A DNA stretch of 63,911 nucleotides, filler included, from Cercozoa sp. M6MM (GCA_040357565.1; 12 parts of 12 records of this genome joined end to end with filler, not necessarily neighbours in it); one strand, 5' to 3'; shown: positions 1 through 13,307, numbered from the whole stretch's first letter. A program made the numbers and translations. The notes: generated by a model from the letters alone, not told the origin.

Positions 1-63
1 TGTTTACCCCCCATTTTACCCCCCTGTTTACCCCCCATTTTACCCCCTCCCCCACGTCCCTAG

Positions 64-2157
64 TGCTACCGTTTCTTGGCGCAAAAAACGCGCGTCTTTG
101 TCGAGTTTCTGCTGGACGAGCATGTCAAGGTACATATGGACCTCCGGGAGGGACATGTGCTGGTCCATATGGACGTGGGTGTGTTGGTCCGTATGAACGG
201 GTCCATGTGTACAGAGTCCACTGCTGGCCGACACGCGGTGGCTACGACAGCGACGCGAGCAGCAGCACAAGAGCGGCGGCGTGTATCCCTACGAGCGCGC
301 CGAGCGTTTCTGCAAGGTCACACGCAACCTGTGTCCGCGCGGACACACCGACCTGTGTCCAGACTGACCTGACCGGTGTCCAAATCGTACAAATGTACCT
401 CTGTGTGGACAGGCCATGCGACAACTCGGTGTGACGGGTCCTGATCGACTGTCCTACTTGGTGTTTACGCCCTACCCCCCTACCTCTGACCCCCTACCCT
501 CCCCTACCCTCCCCTACTTCGTACCCCCCTGTTACCCCTCCCCCGGGCAGGACCTGTTCCGCCAGGTGGTGGCCGAGATCGGCAACGCACTCGGACTGGT
601 GCGACTGCTACGCACAGCCGCCATGCATCAGGTAGGTTTGGACCGGTCCAAGTAGCCAGTCTGTCCCTTCCTGTGTCCAAATGGACCGTGTCTCTGTTTT
701 GTTAAGGCTGCCGAGTCGGCGCAGTTTGTGCCGCAGCAGTCGGACGCGAAAAACGCGAGCGGCGACGAGTCGCGTGCCGCGCGTGTTCTCGTACCTCACA
801 CCGACAGCCTTGTTCACACTCTGTGTTTAAGGCTGCGGTATGTCCCCATTTTTGTGTACAGACGGACCTGTCGACGGTCCGTTTGGACGCGTTTCGCGGC
901 AATGTGGACTTTTTGGGCATGCTGCTCGGCGTGTTTCGGCGGCAGCTGCGGCGACTCACGCGGCGACAGGTTTTACCCCCCTGTTTACCCCCCTGTTTAC
1001 CCCCCTGCTTACCCCCCTGTTTACCCCTCATATACCTCCTGTTTACCCCTCATATACCCCCTCTTACCCCTGTTTACCCCCCTCTTTACCCCCTGTTTAC
1101 CTCCCTATTTACCCCTCTGTTTACTTCCTCTTACACCCCCCATTTACACTCCTATTTACACCCATGTTTACGCGCCTGTTTACCCCTCTGTTTACCTCCC
1201 TATTAACCCCTCTTTCCGCCCTGTTACCCCCTTGTTACCCCTCCCCCGTGTATCCCCCAGGAGGGTCACGAGGACAGTCAGGTGGACCTGCGTTTCTTCC
1301 ACGCCATCGTGCCGCCGCTGCTGATGGCGCACGTGCAGCGCATGCGTAGCCTCTCCTCTCTCTAGACTCAGTCAGTGGACACGTGTCTCCCAGTGGGACA
1401 CGTGTGTGGTACCTTTCCTACCTGTGTATGTGTGTGTCTGTGTAGTGGCACTCAAGGACAAGTTGGCACGTGCGAAAAAGTATGCCACACTGAGTGACTC
1501 ACTGAGTGACTCACTGAGTGACTCACTGAGTGACATGTGTGACACGTGACTGGACTCACTGACTGAGTGACACGTGTGCAGGGCGGCCGACTCGCTCAGT
1601 GGTGGCACGCGCATGACGGGCGCCGAGGCCGGCTTCACCGACGATGGGCTGTAGTTTTACCCCCCTCCCCTCCCCTTACCCCCCTTTGACCCCCCCCCCC
1701 CCGTGTTGGTGTAGTGCACTCGGACTGGCCTTTGTGCTGGCGGCGCTGCCGGAGCAGGACGCCATGTTTGACTCGCTCTCCTGGTATGTCATGGGGGTAA
1801 TGGGAGAGGTGGGCTAAGGGGGTAAGATACGAGTCTGCAGGTGGGACGAAGTCGACGCGCACATTGCGCGACAGCGCGAGAGTGTGCTGGTACCTTTTGC
1901 CTCAGTTGGCACGTGTGTCTATGTGTGTGTGTCTGTGTCTGTGTCTGTGTGTATGTGTGTGTATGTATGTGTGTGTGTGTATGTGTGTGTATGTGTGTAT
2001 GTGTGTGTGTGTACGTGCATGCAGGTGGACACTGGCGACAATGCCGAGTTGGCACGTGCGCGACTGACGGCGCTGCAGCGTGAGTGGCGCCTCGTGTTCT
2101 TCTCCTTCCGCGCGGCTCGCATCTTCTTCCGCCGGCAGCAGGACGCCGACGCCACCG

Positions 2158-2190
<33 letters not shown>

Positions 2191-2523
2191 GCAACAACAA
2201 TAACAACAACAATAACAACAACAACAGTAATAACAACAAGGTGGATGATGACAGTATTGAAACCGAGAGCAGTAGTGTACAGAGTGAGGTACCCCACCTA
2301 CCTTACCCTATCCTCCCCTAGCTTACCCTATCCTGCTCTAGCCTATCCCTATCATATTACCTACGTTTGTCTGGTGTGTCAGGTGGCTGCACCGGCTCCT
2401 GCACCGGCTCCTGCACCGGCTCCCGCACCGGCACCTGTCCCTCAGGCTGCTGCACCCGCGGTTGCTGTCCCTGCTGTTGCTGCGGCAGCGCCGCCGCCGC
2501 CACTCGCCTCGCTCGGACTCTGA
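64..2523 (+). CDS. WASHC4: WASH complex subunit 4 (SWIP/KIAA1033), 3' part, multi-exon, 5'-truncated by window start
   Basis: Spliced GT-AG exons give YRFLAQKTRVFVEFLLDEHVK / YPYERAERFCK / AMRQLGVTGPDRLSYL / DLFRQVVAEIGNALGLVRLLR / FTDDGLALGLAFVL...FDSLSW / REWRLVFFSFRAARIFFR. These match WASHC4 C-terminal motifs (YDEHIKS, YPFDRAEKF, FRQLISQIGNAMGYVR, FTDDG, FDSLHW, SARIFF). Poly-Asn and an AP-rich tail precede TGA at 2521-2523. Confidence 0.9.
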
Positions 2524-2766
2524 GTTCTCACGTACGCCGACTGCAGTGTGCGGTACCGACCCAAGTTGAATTCCAACTCAACTCGTCTTTTCGTTTTACT
2601 AAACTCAACCAAGAGATAGTTCTTTCCGGCCAGTTCAGCCAGTTCAGTAACAGTAAAGGAAGTGACGGCATACGGGTTAATGCTGCAATCGATTTTTCTG
2701 TGGCCCTAATGTCTGATGGCTGATCGATCGACTGCGGCTTTACAAGCTTTATGCGAAGGTGGCCGC

Positions 2767-3590
2767 TCACAGGCGACGGCCCGACCACGTCACGAAGAAG
2801 TCCTGGCCTGCCATTAGCACAAGCACATATACACACACACGTCCCTCTGATTCAGCCTGTCAGTCCCCTGTTTTTTTTTACCGAGCGGCAGGACGGCATC
2901 GGCATCGCCAGTGCCGTCACACGGCAGCACGAGTTCCACAAAGCCCTCGCCTGCACAGAGCGCGTTAGGATCAAACACATGAGGTTTTCCAGAAAAACTC
3001 AAGGGAAAATAAATTAATCATACCAGCAAGCCATTCAGAGGCGGGACGGCCGTTGAGAGTGACCTACAGACACACACATGTGTGTGAGTACCATCTGCGT
3101 CGAACACAAACAACACATCCTCAACAGGAAGACTAACCGCAGTGATTTCGACACTCGAGGTGAGGTGTGTTGCATCGAACACAGTGATCTTTTCGCTGCC
3201 CAAGCACACGACAACCTCATGTTAATCTAACACAAAAACATCCACACAGAGACGTACAAACAGTAGTCGGCAGCGCCGGCAAAGTCATTCACTGGCACCG
3301 AGACGCGTAGGAGACCCTCGACCTGTGTAAACATAGGTCAAGCAGCTTTTATGGAAACAAGAATAAGTACGGCATCGTGGGAGGTCTCGGTGGCCACGCG
3401 CATGTGCATAACCGTCGACTCCGCCGTTGCGTCGCGTTGCACACCTAGAAGAAGGGGTCAAGTCTCAACTATGAGGGGGGGGGTAAAGCAGTACCGTCGT
3501 CGAGGAAGAGCTCGCCGTGGGCAGCGCCATCACCGCCGACAAACGCCGTCAGCGAAAAGGCGTTCTTCAACTGCGACGATACATGCATGC
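2767..3590 (-). CDS. Glycoside hydrolase family 31 (alpha-glucosidase-like), C-terminal exons
   Basis: Exon SQLKNAFSLTAFVGGDGAAHGELFLDDG carries the GH31 C-terminal A-x-G-E-L-F-L-D-D-G motif. The last exon VLMAGQDFFVTWSGRRL* ends at 2767. Truncated at the contig end. Confidence 0.6.
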
Positions 3591-4499
3591 TTACAAAGAC
3601 AAAGACAAAGACAGAGACAAAGACAGAGAGACACAGACACAGACACAGACACAGACACACACACACACANNNNNNNNNNNNNNNNNNNNNNNNNNNNNNN
3701 NNNNNNNNNNNNNTTAATTAATTAANNNNNNNNNNNNNNNNNNNNNNNNNNNNNNNNNNNNNNNNNNNNGGCGCGAAAACACACCGAGACGAAAAACAGA
3801 AAAGAGAACGCAGGAAACAAGAAACAACAAAAGTTGGGGCAGCTTCGCTGGGGCTCTAACTCCGCATGCTAGTTGTATGGGGCCCTCAGGCCTCGTTTGT
3901 GCCTTCTGGCGGGCCATAGGGACAGGGCCCACCTAGCCAAAAAGTGGGGTTGCGCACCTTAGTGGGTCGATATGGGGCTCTAACTGGAGCTGATGACTTG
4001 AGCAGAGCAGTGCACACACTGGTTACTCTAAAGAAGGTTGGCGGTCAAGTAAAAACACTAAAAAACCCCCTAGTTTTCGCCAAAGTGGTAACAGGTGGGT
4101 CATGTCAGTTAAGAAAGGGATTTCGAGATCGCCCAGCAACTGAAAGTCATGGCAGGATAAAAATCCTCTGAGGGCCGCTCGGCCGGGCTAAGGTAACACC
4201 GCAGACATTGCGTTGGCAGGATGTGCAGAATCCGGAAATGAAACAAAACGGCATCACAAATATGGCGGCCCTGGGTGAGAAAAAACAGACGGAAGGGTTT
4301 CCCAGCCGGGTACTTCGGGCGCAGGCGCGCTCGAGTTCGATCGACGCTCGGCATCGTTTTGGTCTCGTGTCGGTCTGTCTGCAGTGTCTTGATGTCTTTG
4401 GTACTGGCGCAGTGGGACGCGAGGCGACGTAGCAGGCGAGAACAAAGCTTCGTACGGACTGCCAGTGACACGGAGACTTGTCTGCTCCGAGTTGGCACT

Positions 4500-5958
4500 G
4501 CGACTCGTTTGGTAGATTACTGGTGTTAGCGGCGACAGTCTTTGTCGCGTCTGACAGGGTGTAGATAGTGGAGAAGATGAATGAAAGGGAGGAGGACAGA
4601 AAGGCAAAGTACACGCGCAGAGCCAGGTGCCAGGGACCTCGCCGAAAACTCGGCCAGCGGTGGCGGTGGCACAGGCAGCAGCGATGGCGCCAGCGTCGGC
4701 GACAAATGAAACGTCGGCGGCACGGTGTCTCGGTTCTCATCGCGACTTTCACACGCTTGCTTTTGTGAACTACCAACATCGGGCAACACACATGCAATAA
4801 ACATTAAAACACATGAGAAGCAACTGAGATACGCACGAAAGGCACAAAGATACGTTGGCACTCCTACGCATACATCAAAGTCGTCCGCAGGTGCCGCGTG
4901 GTTGAAATTGGAAAAAAAAGACGCCGCTTCGGTCTCCATCTTTCCTCGCTCTTCTTCGTTGCTTCCTTCCGTTGATCTTGCTTTCATTTCTTCTTGCTCG
5001 CACTCATCGCTGGTTGTTTCGCTGTCAACTGACTTGACACTTACATTGTCGATTGGGCCGGGGTTGGACGAGTCCTTCGCTTCTCGAGAGCTATTCTCTC
5101 GGAAGCCTTCGCTTTCGTCATGGAAGCTGTCCTCTTCTCGGTTGGAGTCGTTTTCGACAGCTTGAGCGTTGCTCGGCATTCGACTGACAACAACATTGCT
5201 TGCTTTTTGTTGCGAGCGAAAGTGTCTTTCGGTTTCAAGTTTGCCTGTGTCCACACTAAGCGGTCGCTGCGTTTCGACCTTGTTTTTGTTGGTTTCAATG
5301 CTCGGTTCGGTGCTTGGCGTGATACTGGTGCGATCGCTCTGCAAACTTCGCGACTCCAAACTGTGATGAACACTGGTGACATCATTGTCGTCGCTGTCGC
5401 TCCAATCGCTGTACTGTGGGGACAGAGGGTAAGTGGAAACTACTAGCAAGTAGGGTACAAGAGACAAGACGCACCTGCTGAACTGCTTCGTTCATGTGTT
5501 CTAGTGCGTTTTCGTCATTTTGCTCCTTCAAGCTATCTGCTCGTAAGCGTTTTTGTCTCGCTCGCTCCTTTTCTTTTCGCACACGAATTCGTTTCTTTCG
5601 TTTTTTCTGTCGCAAAGTCACACAGCTCTCTTCAAACGAATACAGCAAACAAAAAAGCAGCGTTTACCTCTCGTTGCCGCCGTCGTCTCCGTGTCGTTGA
5701 AGGACGCGATCGACGTTGCTGAACTTCATTCTGCGGGACTGCAGTGGACCTCGAAGTTTGAACGCACACTATCGCTCGCTGTGGGTTCACTGTCGCTCGC
5801 TTTGGGTTCTCGGTCTCAACAACAGCCTGAGCTTCCTCAATACACACTGACACACTAGCGACCCGTGTTTCGTCCAGCACGACGAACACGAAGGCGACCA
5901 AGCCTCCCAACAGTGAAAGACTGGCAACAAAGGCCAGAGCCACCCAAGGAGGTATCAT
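4500..5958 (-). CDS. Uncharacterised N-terminally membrane-anchored, low-complexity protein (multi-exon)
   Basis: MIPPWVALAFVASLSLLGGLVAFVFVVL hydrophobic start, a basic K/R exon, a long acidic/Ser-rich exon and a Pro-rich exon, with GT-AG boundaries. 3' end approximate. Confidence 0.5.
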
Positions 5959-6305
5959 GTGGCGCTTTGACTGGGGTCAATAAAACGGATTAAAACGCTG
6001 GCCATGGGTCCTAAAATAATCGCAGCAGTGAACAACACTATGCAGGTTATACCTGGTGCTGGCTGCCGCTGAACGCAGCACAGACTTTTAACAGACTCTC
6101 AGAAAGGCCTCAGACGCTGAGTGCACAGATTCCTCGGACAATGATGCAGTAAGGGCTCAGAATTCTGCCTATCGGCTCATTGGATTGGTGATGTGCGCCA
6201 ATACAGTGCAGCACTAAGAGTGTTTCCTGGGCTGGTTCTGGCACGAGTGCTGCTGCAGGTGCACCGCAGGTTTGGTTCGTGGGCAACACACTTTTTAAAT
6301 CACAA

Positions 6306-7322
6306 ATGAATCGGCGAGTCGCGAGAGTGAGCGCGTCGCTGCAGCGGAGGCACAAGGCGCGATATGCGCACCAAGATCTCAAGCTCGCCAAGGGTCACGA
6401 ACTTGCCACGGAAACGCGATTGGTCAAGGTAGGATCAGACCCTGGTTTTGTGTTTTTTTTGTACCGACTGACTGTTTGTTGCGTGTAGCGAGTCGAGAAG
6501 TATTACAAGCGACTGCTTGAGGACAGGAAGCACCTGTTGGCTGGCTACACGCAGGAAGATGTGCGTTTGCAGTTTGCAACTTTGTAAATGTGCTTTGTCG
6601 AATTTCTGTGCATAGGTTGACAAGCACTGGCGACAGTACCTTGGCTCGAGACAGCAGTGGCTCAGCGAGAAGAACGAAAGCAGCTGGGACGTGATTGTGC
6701 AGAAGCGCTACGAAGCCATCATGTCGGTATGCTGCTTACGACTTGCATTATTATTTATAATATAATATAGTATATCTGTTCATAGTATATCTGTTCAGTT
6801 GCCAGCGCGACTGCGTTTCGCGGCGCACAAGCAGCGCAGTGAGCAAGTCGGCGACTATCACGCGCTGGTGTGGACGTGGTACCCGCGTCGCGCCTACTTC
6901 ACCAACCAGGAGCGCAGTGAGGAGGTCTGTTTTTGCTTTCGAGTTTTCTCCATCAGTTTCTTTTGCTTTCGTTTCGTTTGAACATGTTTGTGTCTTTGTT
7001 TGATGCTGTGCAGGTGGTCAAGAGCTGGCCGGCAGACGAGGACTCCTTCAACTCGGGCCGCATGTTCCAGGCGCCAGTCAAGACGTGCTCCGAGCCAGTC
7101 AGCGGAGCTGCTGCTGAGCTCGTCTCGTTCGACGAGACCACCGGCTTTGCTGGTGTCGGTACGCTGCCGCAGGCCCTGCTCGAGCGCGCCAAGATGGTAC
7201 CTGACTGACCCCTTTTTCGAAGCGTTCCTCACCGGGTATAATTATCTGTTCTGCAGGCCGCCCAGAAGAAGAAGGAGCGCGCCGCGGCTGCTGCTGCTGC
7301 TGCCGAGACTGCCAGCGAGTAA
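6306..7322 (+). CDS. Probable mitochondrial ribosomal protein mL40-like
   Basis: Six exons splice in frame: MNRRVARVSASLQRRHKARY (presequence-like)...KRYEAIMS|LPARLRFAAHK...VWTWYP...ETASE*. Resemblance to mL40 is from memory only. Confidence 0.4.
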
Positions 7323-7736
7323 AACGAAGAACGGCACTAAACTCGACTTTCACGCTGGCGTTCCAGTCCAACAAGCACGGTCATTTACGGGTATTTATGT
7401 ATCCGCGCGAAACGGAACGGAAGAAACCTGATTGGAACTGAACTCCAGCCACCGACGCGTTCGGCCACTTGCGTGTACTACCCTTGAATTTCTTTAATAA
7501 ATTGCTTAATAATTTGAATCGANNNNNNNNNNNNNNNNNNNNNNNNNNNNNNNNNNNNNNNNNNNNTTAATTAATTAANNNNNNNNNNNNNNNNNNNNNN
7601 NNNNNNNNNNNNNNNNNNNNNNGGGGGTAAAGGTAGGGGAGAGAGGGTTAAAAGAGAGGGTTAAAGAGGGGGTAAGAGGGGGTAAAGAGGAGGTTAAAGA
7701 GGGGTAAAGAGGGGGGTAAAGAGGGGGGTAAAACAC

Positions 7737-7962
7737 CATCGACTGCATCAGACGAGCGCCGAGAGAAGTCGCCGCCAGCGGCGTTTCTTGCGCCTCGCTC
7801 GCCGTGCGATGCTGTTCCTCACGTCTTCTCTGTCGCTTCCGTTCCCTGCCTTCTTTCTGCCTCGGTTCCTCCTTTCTTCTCCGAGCATTCCGCTCCTCTT
7901 CCGCCTGTCTTCGCAGCGACTCGAGTGCCGACTCGGCGTCTTGCTCCAGCAGAGCCACCATG
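7737..7962 (-). CDS. G-patch domain protein fragment
   Basis: A charged coiled-coil is followed by ETPLAATSLGARLMQSM (start of a G-patch motif), then an intron and the contig end. Confidence 0.6.
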
Positions 7963-8690
7963 CTCTCGCTCTCTGCCCAGACAGACCCCTCAGACACAAA
8001 TACTCACTGGCACACTGCTTGACACTGCTCACTCACTGAAAGCCGAGAAACGCACCGGCAGACACCGACTCGCTGAAGTGCCGCCGACGCTTTTTGCGTT
8101 TCGGACGAACGAGCGGCATAACCTCGACGCTCTAGGGACAGTCTGGGTCACTTAAACAGCAATTATTCTCTCATGAAAGGTCTAAATGGCGAGGATTTGC
8201 TCTATCCAACGCGCGAGGCACTCCCATGTTTACAGTCATGAGAAGACACCTCTTTTTGCCTGCCATCTACCCCAGAAGCATTATGCTGGTATAGCTGTAA
8301 ACATGGGCACCGCACCTTGCATAGCTAGTAACGAAACTGCCAGAACAGCAGTCAACAGCAATTAGTTGCCCAGCCAACTACTCCGCTGTCAGGCAATGAC
8401 GCCGTCAGGCAATGATGGGTTTCTAGTTAAGGCCGCGCTCAAGCCCCTTTTGTGATCGCTCTTGGATAGACCTCTAGAAGGTCAGAGTGACTTCCCGTCC
8501 ACATCGATCGCCTGTCAGCTTAGTCGTGCAGGGTTTGCAGTCTTTAGCAGGGCACGTGCGCTCCGAGCGGCGCGAATTTGTGTCACTTGCAGATCGATAC
8601 AGTGACAGTTTCTCGACAGCGAAAAGGTGTCAGGAGGACGTTCAAGTCGTCAAAGCTTGAGTTAGCCCTTCCTAACGAATCAAGGACACC

Positions 8691-10363
8691 ATGGCGTCGC
8701 CTGCCTCGCCTGTCGACCCGCGAATTTTGGAACTCATCAAGGTTTGCCTGCTTTCTCGAAGTCCACTCCGGTCCAACCAAGTTATGTACGCAGGGAACGC
8801 TCACTGTGAGGGTCCTACGAGGTCGCAGCTGGAGCGACAAAAAGGTAAAAAGTCAAATCCGCTTAACACTAATATAAAAATTACGATGATGCGCAAAACT
8901 GACTCAGGGCAAGTGCTTTTTGAAAGTGCGCGTGTTTGGCGGCCAGAAGCGTCACAAAGCGCAGACTGCCGCTGTTGCTCCTTCAGTACACACTTTGTTA
9001 CAACGTTGTGCTGTGCGAGCATTCGATTGGGGGCACTTGCTTTAGGGTGGTGACATTGAGTGGAAGACTGACAACGTTTTCGAGTTCAAAAACATCGCCG
9101 TTAATGAGATCAGTAAAGAATTCTTTCGGTTCTGCATGTGTCCTGTTAGCTTTCAACTCTTGCAGTTTACTTGAGCGCCAAGCAAAAGCACAATTTCGGT
9201 CGCAATGCTGCCATTGGTAGACTTGCTTTCCTTGATATCTCAAATCTCTGCATCGCCAGATGGTTTCTTCCAGGCAAGAGCGAGGTGCCGATCTCGCAAC
9301 AATGTCCGCCGGGCCTGCCCAAGGGCAGCGACTTTGTGTCACCGCCCACGTGGTTCACTCTGAGCGAACAAGCTGGTCCGAATGGCAGTACCACAGCTCG
9401 AACAGACACTGCCGAGGTGCAGCTCGTCTGCGAGTTTCGCTTCAACAATTCGGAGAAACTGCTGCAAGAGTTTAATCAACACCAACTCTCTGCCATGGTA
9501 TCACTACTGTGTTAAGTGGGATAACGGATAAAGAGGGTGGGTGGCTAGTGGTTGTATGCAGTGGATCTAGATATTAAATTTTATGTTATATCTCTATTTA
9601 TATATCTATATGTATATATACTGGTGTTTTGATCCTGCAGACTCGCACGACGGACGCGAAACGTCGCATGTCGATGTCGCTTTCGGTAGTTCACCCCCAC
9701 TCCTACCTCCATCTCTTACTCCTCTCTTTTATCCCTACCCCCTGTGACAGATGTCGCCGGCACCGGCGGCGCAGACGCGGAAGAATCTCTTCGTGGCGCA
9801 GTCGCCGCAGCGACTCGACTTTGGATCTGCTGGTGGTTTTACCCCCCTTACCCCCTTTTACCCCCTCTTGAACCCCTTCTTACCCCCTATTTACTCCTTT
9901 TGCTCCCCCTACAGAAGCGACGCCGGAGAAGGCAGCGGACGAGCAGTCGGAGAAGCCGGGCGAACAGTCGCCTCCGCCCGATGTGGCGGTTGAGGTTGGG
10001 TTGCTCTACCTCCCCCTACCCCTTTCCCCGCCCCCCCCCCGCACAGCAAGAGAAAGAGGCAGAGGCAGCAGCGGAGCCGTCGAAAACGGCGACACTGTCG
10101 AGCGAGTTGATAGAGAATCGCACCTTGGATCGAGGTACAAATGGACCGTACAGACACACTCCAGTACTGATACACAGTTGGACCGCTCCCGCCCCTGTGT
10201 ACAAGTAGTACCGGCCAACAGTCCGGTCCAGGTGGGCCGTCTGGTACTGACGCTGCAGAGTGCGACGGGGTTGGCCGCCATGGACAAGGGCGGCACGTCG
10301 GACCCGTACGTCAAGGTGCGTCTGTGCGATGCCGACGGCGTACGGCACAAGAAGCAGACCAAG
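8691..10363 (+). CDS. Multi-C2-domain protein, 5' part
   Basis: Exons GTLTVRVLRGRSW, CFLKVRVFGG..AQT, IEWKTDNVFEF, FGRNAAIG form C2 no.1. VGRLVLTLQSATGLAAMDKGGTSDPYVKVRL...KKQTKV is a canonical Ca-binding C2 no.2. Truncated at the contig end. Confidence 0.8.
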
Positions 10364-10662
10364 GTGTTTAACCTCCTTTTACCTCCCCCTTTACCTCCCC
10401 CTTTACCCCCTTTTACCTCCCCCTTTCCCCCTTTTACCTCCCCCTTTACCCCCTTTTACCTCCCCCCTTTACCTCCCCCCTTTACCTCCCCCTTTACCTC
10501 CCCCTTTACCCCCTTCTGCCTTATCCCCTGTTTATCCCTGTTTACCCCTGTTTACCCCTGTTNNNNNNNNNNNNNNNNNNNNNNNNNNNNNNNNNNNNNN
10601 NNNNNNTTAATTAATTAANNNNNNNNNNNNNNNNNNNNNNNNNNNNNNNNNNNNNNNNNNNN

Positions 10663-10833
<171 letters not shown>

Positions 10834-11716
10834 CACATAATTGCGCGCGGTTCATGTGATGTAGAGCGTCACGCACTGCGGGCCAAGATTGTTCAGTTGG
10901 AGTACACGGTCGCGTACATCCAAGCAGCCAAACAAGAGACATTTGATCTCGTATTTGACGTTTGTGCACTTTCTGTTCTTGAAAACCTGGGTCATACGCA
11001 GGAGGTGACGAAGATGAAAACACAGCTACAGTTGAGTCAATCGCAACTCAAACGCGTGCAGGTTGGCGCAGTTTTGCAGTTTTTATCCCTGATGTCGGTC
11101 ATTATGGGCTCTTTCGCAGGAGTCGCTCAACCACCAGATGCATCTTATGTCGTCACATCGCAAGGTGTTTCGCGAGCTCCATTCCCAGACTCGAACAGAA
11201 AGCGAGGTGCGTTACAAACGGGTGAAGTTACTCTTGTGGAGTGCGTCCGGTTCAACAAACCCCCAACAACTGAGAAACTCGGTCCAGGCGGTGTGGCTGT
11301 GCTTAGGCTCAACAGGCGGACGTGGCTTGCCAAACCGACGATAGCTTTTGCCAAAACCTAGAATCACGAGAACAGTTCCGCTCGAGGATGCGACGCCTGG
11401 CAACCGTAAGCATGGCGAGCCTTGGAGTGACTGTCGCAATGCTCTTGGCAAAGCTCTCGCAATGATTTCATGGTAAATGGCAACGCGAGCCGCAGTTCAT
11501 TTCTACCATGTTTAACTAGAACTAAAATCCCAGAAATAGTACACTATAGTCAACAACACTGTGTCGCGCTCTACAATTTTTAATAACGATGTCCAAAGCG
11601 CGCCCTTAATTACGACAGACTGGACCAGGCAGCAATCGACGATTGGACAAGTCTCTCTGCAGCAGCGCACTCACCCTCCAACAGTTGTTTCGCAACAGCA
11701 AAGCGCACAGGGAGAC

Positions 11717-13307
11717 ATGCGACAGGTACGCGCGAGCAGCGTTGCCTAGCGTTGTGTGCTGGGTTTTGTTTTTCGAAATTGTTCGTTTCCGGCGTGTTTA
11801 CATGTATGGGGTTCTCGTTGTTTTTTCCTGATCCAGCCTGGAGTTTGTGTATATGACCCACAATAAAGCATTTATTTTGCAGGCTGTTACCTTGGCGAGC
11901 CGCCGTGCCCTGTTCCGTCCGAGCCAGCAGGTGCGCCTGTTCTCGCTGCCGCTGGACGAACCGGATGCCTACGAGGTGCTCGGCGTGTCGCCCAGTGCCA
12001 GCAGCGAGGAGATCCGCCGCGCTTTCACCAAGCTCTGCACGGTAACATTGTGTTCGCAGGACTACAAGGCATTCACATGCTGATGTACATGCTGATGTGT
12101 GTTTGCGCAGAAGTACCACCCGGACACGGGCAGCAATAAGGACCCGGAGCTCATGAAGCAGGTGATGTCGTCGTACGGCCGCGTCAAGAACGAAAAGTTG
12201 CGCGCTCAGTACGACGCGGAGCGCCAGCAGCAGCATATGGCGCAGAACGGCTTCAACGTCGACCCGGGCATGGGCGGCATGCACGGAGGCTTGAATCTCG
12301 ACGAACTGCTGCGACAGATGGGCATGGGTGGCATGGGCATGGGTGGCATGGGCATGCGCGACATCATGGAGATGATGAAGCGGTCGCAGCAGACGCAGGG
12401 CGAGCCGATCGCGCTCGAGGTCGACCTGTCGCTCGATGAGGTGCTGGACGGCGGCGAGCGCGAAGTCACGGTCATGCGCGACCAGGTCTGCAAGAGCTGC
12501 GACGGCCAGGGCGAAATGCAGAACGCGCAGACGCGCTGCGGCCACTGCCACGGCAGCGGTCGCTTCACGGCCGTGCAAGGCGGCATGCAGGTGCACGCCG
12601 TGTGCCCGGCCTGCGGCGGCCTCGGTATGGAGCGCAACCCGTGCCACACCTGTGCCGGCACCGGTATCTCCGGCTCGGCCCAGGAGACGTTCAAGATCAC
12701 GTTCCCGCCCGGCATGCAAAACGGCGACCGCATGCGTTACCCCCGTACGTTTCGCTTGCTGTGCATGTGTAGCCTTGTGTGGTGTTCTTGTACATGCGGT
12801 GTTGTTGTAGGCAAGGGCCACCCGGGTCGCTGCGGAGGCCCGGTGGGCGACGCCGTCGTGAGGTTCACCTACAAGCCCAAGGGCCAAGCCGCCATCTTTG
12901 AGCGCTCCGACTCGGACGCCTTCCTCAAGCAGGATATCTCGCTCAAGCAGGCTGTACTTCATTACTTAACCCCCCCCCCCTCCCGGCCGCCTTGTTCGAG
13001 TGCTATGCCTATGTGTCTGCGCAGATCTTTGGCGACAAGATCACGATCCCGGGTCTGCGCGAGGAGCACGACGTCAAGGTGCCGGCCGGTACCTCATCGG
13101 GCCGAGTGCTGCGTCTGCAGGGCCAGGGCTTCCCGCTCCGCAAGTAAGTTTGTGCGTGTATGTGTGTCTGTGCATGTGTGTCTGTGTATGTGTGTGTGCA
13201 GCTCCTTGTCGAAGCGCGGTGACTTCCACGTGGAACTCAAGGTCAAGATGCCCAAGGCTGACGACCTCACCGAGGAGCAGCAGAAGGTGCTCATGACGCT
13301 CGAGTAA
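11717..13307 (+). CDS. Type I DnaJ/Hsp40, probably mitochondrial (Mdj1/DNAJA3-like)
   Basis: Presequence-like MRQAVTLASRRALFRPSQQVRLFS; J domain DAYEVLGVS...FTKLCT|KYHPD; G/M-rich linker; four CxxCxGxG zinc-finger repeats; C-terminal ISLKQA|IFGD...RGDFHVELKVKMP. Five GT-AG introns. Confidence 0.92.

Noticed and set aside
831-837. Possible 6-nt micro-exon (GCTGCG) in WASHC4
   Set aside because: Spacing to the conserved downstream motif fits without it, and it would need a 24-nt intron.
3714-3725. Recurrent TTAATTAATTAA motif
   Set aside because: Synthetic six-frame-stop linker between concatenated contigs.
11610-12962. 450-aa antisense ORF
   Set aside because: Shadow of the GC3-rich DnaJ coding strand.
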